Assembly (NCBI RefSeq): GCF_018350175.1
Contig: NC_058368.1
Location: 159,652,001-159,716,000, forward strand
Length of the DNA stretch: 64,000 nucleotides
Direction: 5' to 3'
Source of the DNA: Felis catus
Lineage: Eukaryota
Made by a program: the position numbers and the translations under genes. Positions 62,825 through 64,000 of this stretch are shown piece after piece (the stretch's first letter is position 1; every line of letters begins with the position of its first letter). Below the pieces are notes generated by a model. It was not told the origin of the DNA. It saw nothing but the letters and a program-made list of their open reading frames with translations, and did not search any database.

Positions 62825-63630
62825 ACATAACATTGTGTATATATACATATGTATATATATATATGTATATACACACACATATATATACATGTGCACATAT
62901 ACATATATATACCATATCTTCTTTATCCATTTATGTATCAATGGATGCTTAGATTGCTTCCATACCTTGGCTATTGTAAATAATGCTGTGATAAACATGG
63001 TGGGGGGAGGGGTGGTGCAAATGTCTTTTTGAATTAGTGTTTTCCTTTTCTTTGGATAATCATATGACAATTCTATTTTTAATTTTTTGAGGAGCCTCCA
63101 TGCTGTTTACCATAGTAGCTGCTCCAGTTTAAATTCCCACCAAAAGTGCACCAACAGTTCCTTTTTCTCCGTATCCTCACCAACACCTGTTGCTTCTTGT
63201 GGTTTGGATACTAGCTACCTGACTGATTTGAGGTGGTATGTCACTGTGATTTTGATTTGCATTTCCCTGGTGATGAGTGATGTTGAGCATCTTTTTATGT
63301 GTCTTTTGGCCATCTATATTGTCTTTTTTTGGAAAAAAATGTCTATGCAGAGCCTCTGTTCATTTTTAATCAAATTACTTGGGGTTCTTCTGGTGTTGAG
63401 TTGTAAGCGTTCTTTATATATTTTGGATATTAACCCCTTATCAAATATATCATTTGCAAATATCTTCTCCAATTTGGTAGGTGACCTGTATGTTTTGCTG
63501 ATGGCTTCTATCACTGTGCAAAAGCTTCTTAGTTTGTTGTAGTCTCTATAGTTTAATTTTGCTTTTGTTTCTCTTGCCTAAAGAGACAGATCCAGAAAAA
63601 TGTTGGTAAGGCTGATGTTCAAGTGATTGC
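62300..63630 (-). mobile_element. 5'-truncated L1 (L1MA9/old carnivore-like 3' end)
   Basis: 3' end ttttattgaagtataattgacatacaatattatattagtttcaggtgtaca; ORF2 remnants KKNEILPFVTTWMDLE and LEKIFANDIFDKGLISKIYKE in the track. Confidence 0.95.
62754..62910. repeat. (TG)n/(TA)n/(CA)n compound microsatellite inside L1
   Basis: Directly visible. Confidence 0.96.
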
Positions 63631-64000
63631 TTTGAGATAAGACAATTTCAAAGGTTTTTGAAAGCTGTTGTCATATGGTCTTTCAGAAAGTCTATCCTGT
63701 ACCAATTTGTATTTCTAGCTCAATATTTAAGTATAACTATTTATGAAACCTTTTATGCTCATATTTTACTAAAACACTTTTTTCAAGAAATTGACCACTT
63801 ATGTCTAGTTCTGCATTATAAGCAGAATGATGAAAACAACATCTAGACCTAGCCTTTTATTCTTATACTGAATGAAGGCAAACTGGAAGTTACAGTTTAA
63901 GAATGTACCTATTTCAGCCTTGTTGATATGATTTTACTCTTTGCCTTAATATCCTGACTTTTCCACACTCACAAAGTCCCCTTGGATTTGTAAAGCTTTC

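Noticed and set aside
63087..63542. Longest ORF in the track (151 aa, plus strand)
   Set aside because: Antisense reading of L1 ORF2 sequence with a non-ATG start.
1..64000. ORF-track entries as host genes
   Set aside because: All are 60-151 aa, many start at non-ATG codons, and they are translations of SINEs, microsatellites, L1 pieces or random AT-rich sequence. No recognisable cellular protein or coherent exon chain.
1..64000. Endogenous retrovirus, non-retroviral viral insertion, numt or processed pseudogene
   Set aside because: I saw no LTR pair, primer-binding site, gag/env, viral, mitochondrial or mRNA-like segment. A heavily decayed one could be missed without a BLASTX search.

Overview
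A 64-kb AT-rich mammalian non-coding window (intron or intergenic), almost certainly from a felid: it carries 20 tRNA-derived Can-SINEs of the cat type, including one near-pristine copy. I found no credible protein-coding gene, RNA gene, CpG island or CRISPR-like array. The only ORF-track translations I recognise are decayed L1 ORF2 pieces and a pogo/Tigger transposase tail. Much of the window is interspersed repeat: two long minus-strand L1s that keep their 5' ends but have large internal deletions (17131-22135, 38260-42534), shorter L1 3' ends, TcMar-Tigger and hAT elements, and ancient MIR, L2 and CR1/L3 fragments, plus many microsatellites. The most noteworthy observations are: (i) a head-to-head inverted SINE pair 18 bp apart on a palindromic target, with templated micro-insertions in one arm; (ii) a still-readable ancient CR1-type reverse-transcriptase relic near 52.4-52.8 kb; (iii) a tail-less SINE sitting at a ~1.17-kb L1 deletion; (iv) a TIR-complete Tigger-like element that keeps a PIP-box-like transposase tail; (v) a symmetric ETS/CRE/E-box/MEIS motif cluster forming an inverted repeat at 57.45-57.53 kb. 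I cannot support a claim of a previously undescribed biological system from this sequence alone. Repeat subfamily names come from recalled consensus sequences, not from a search, and the boundaries of old repeats are approximate.
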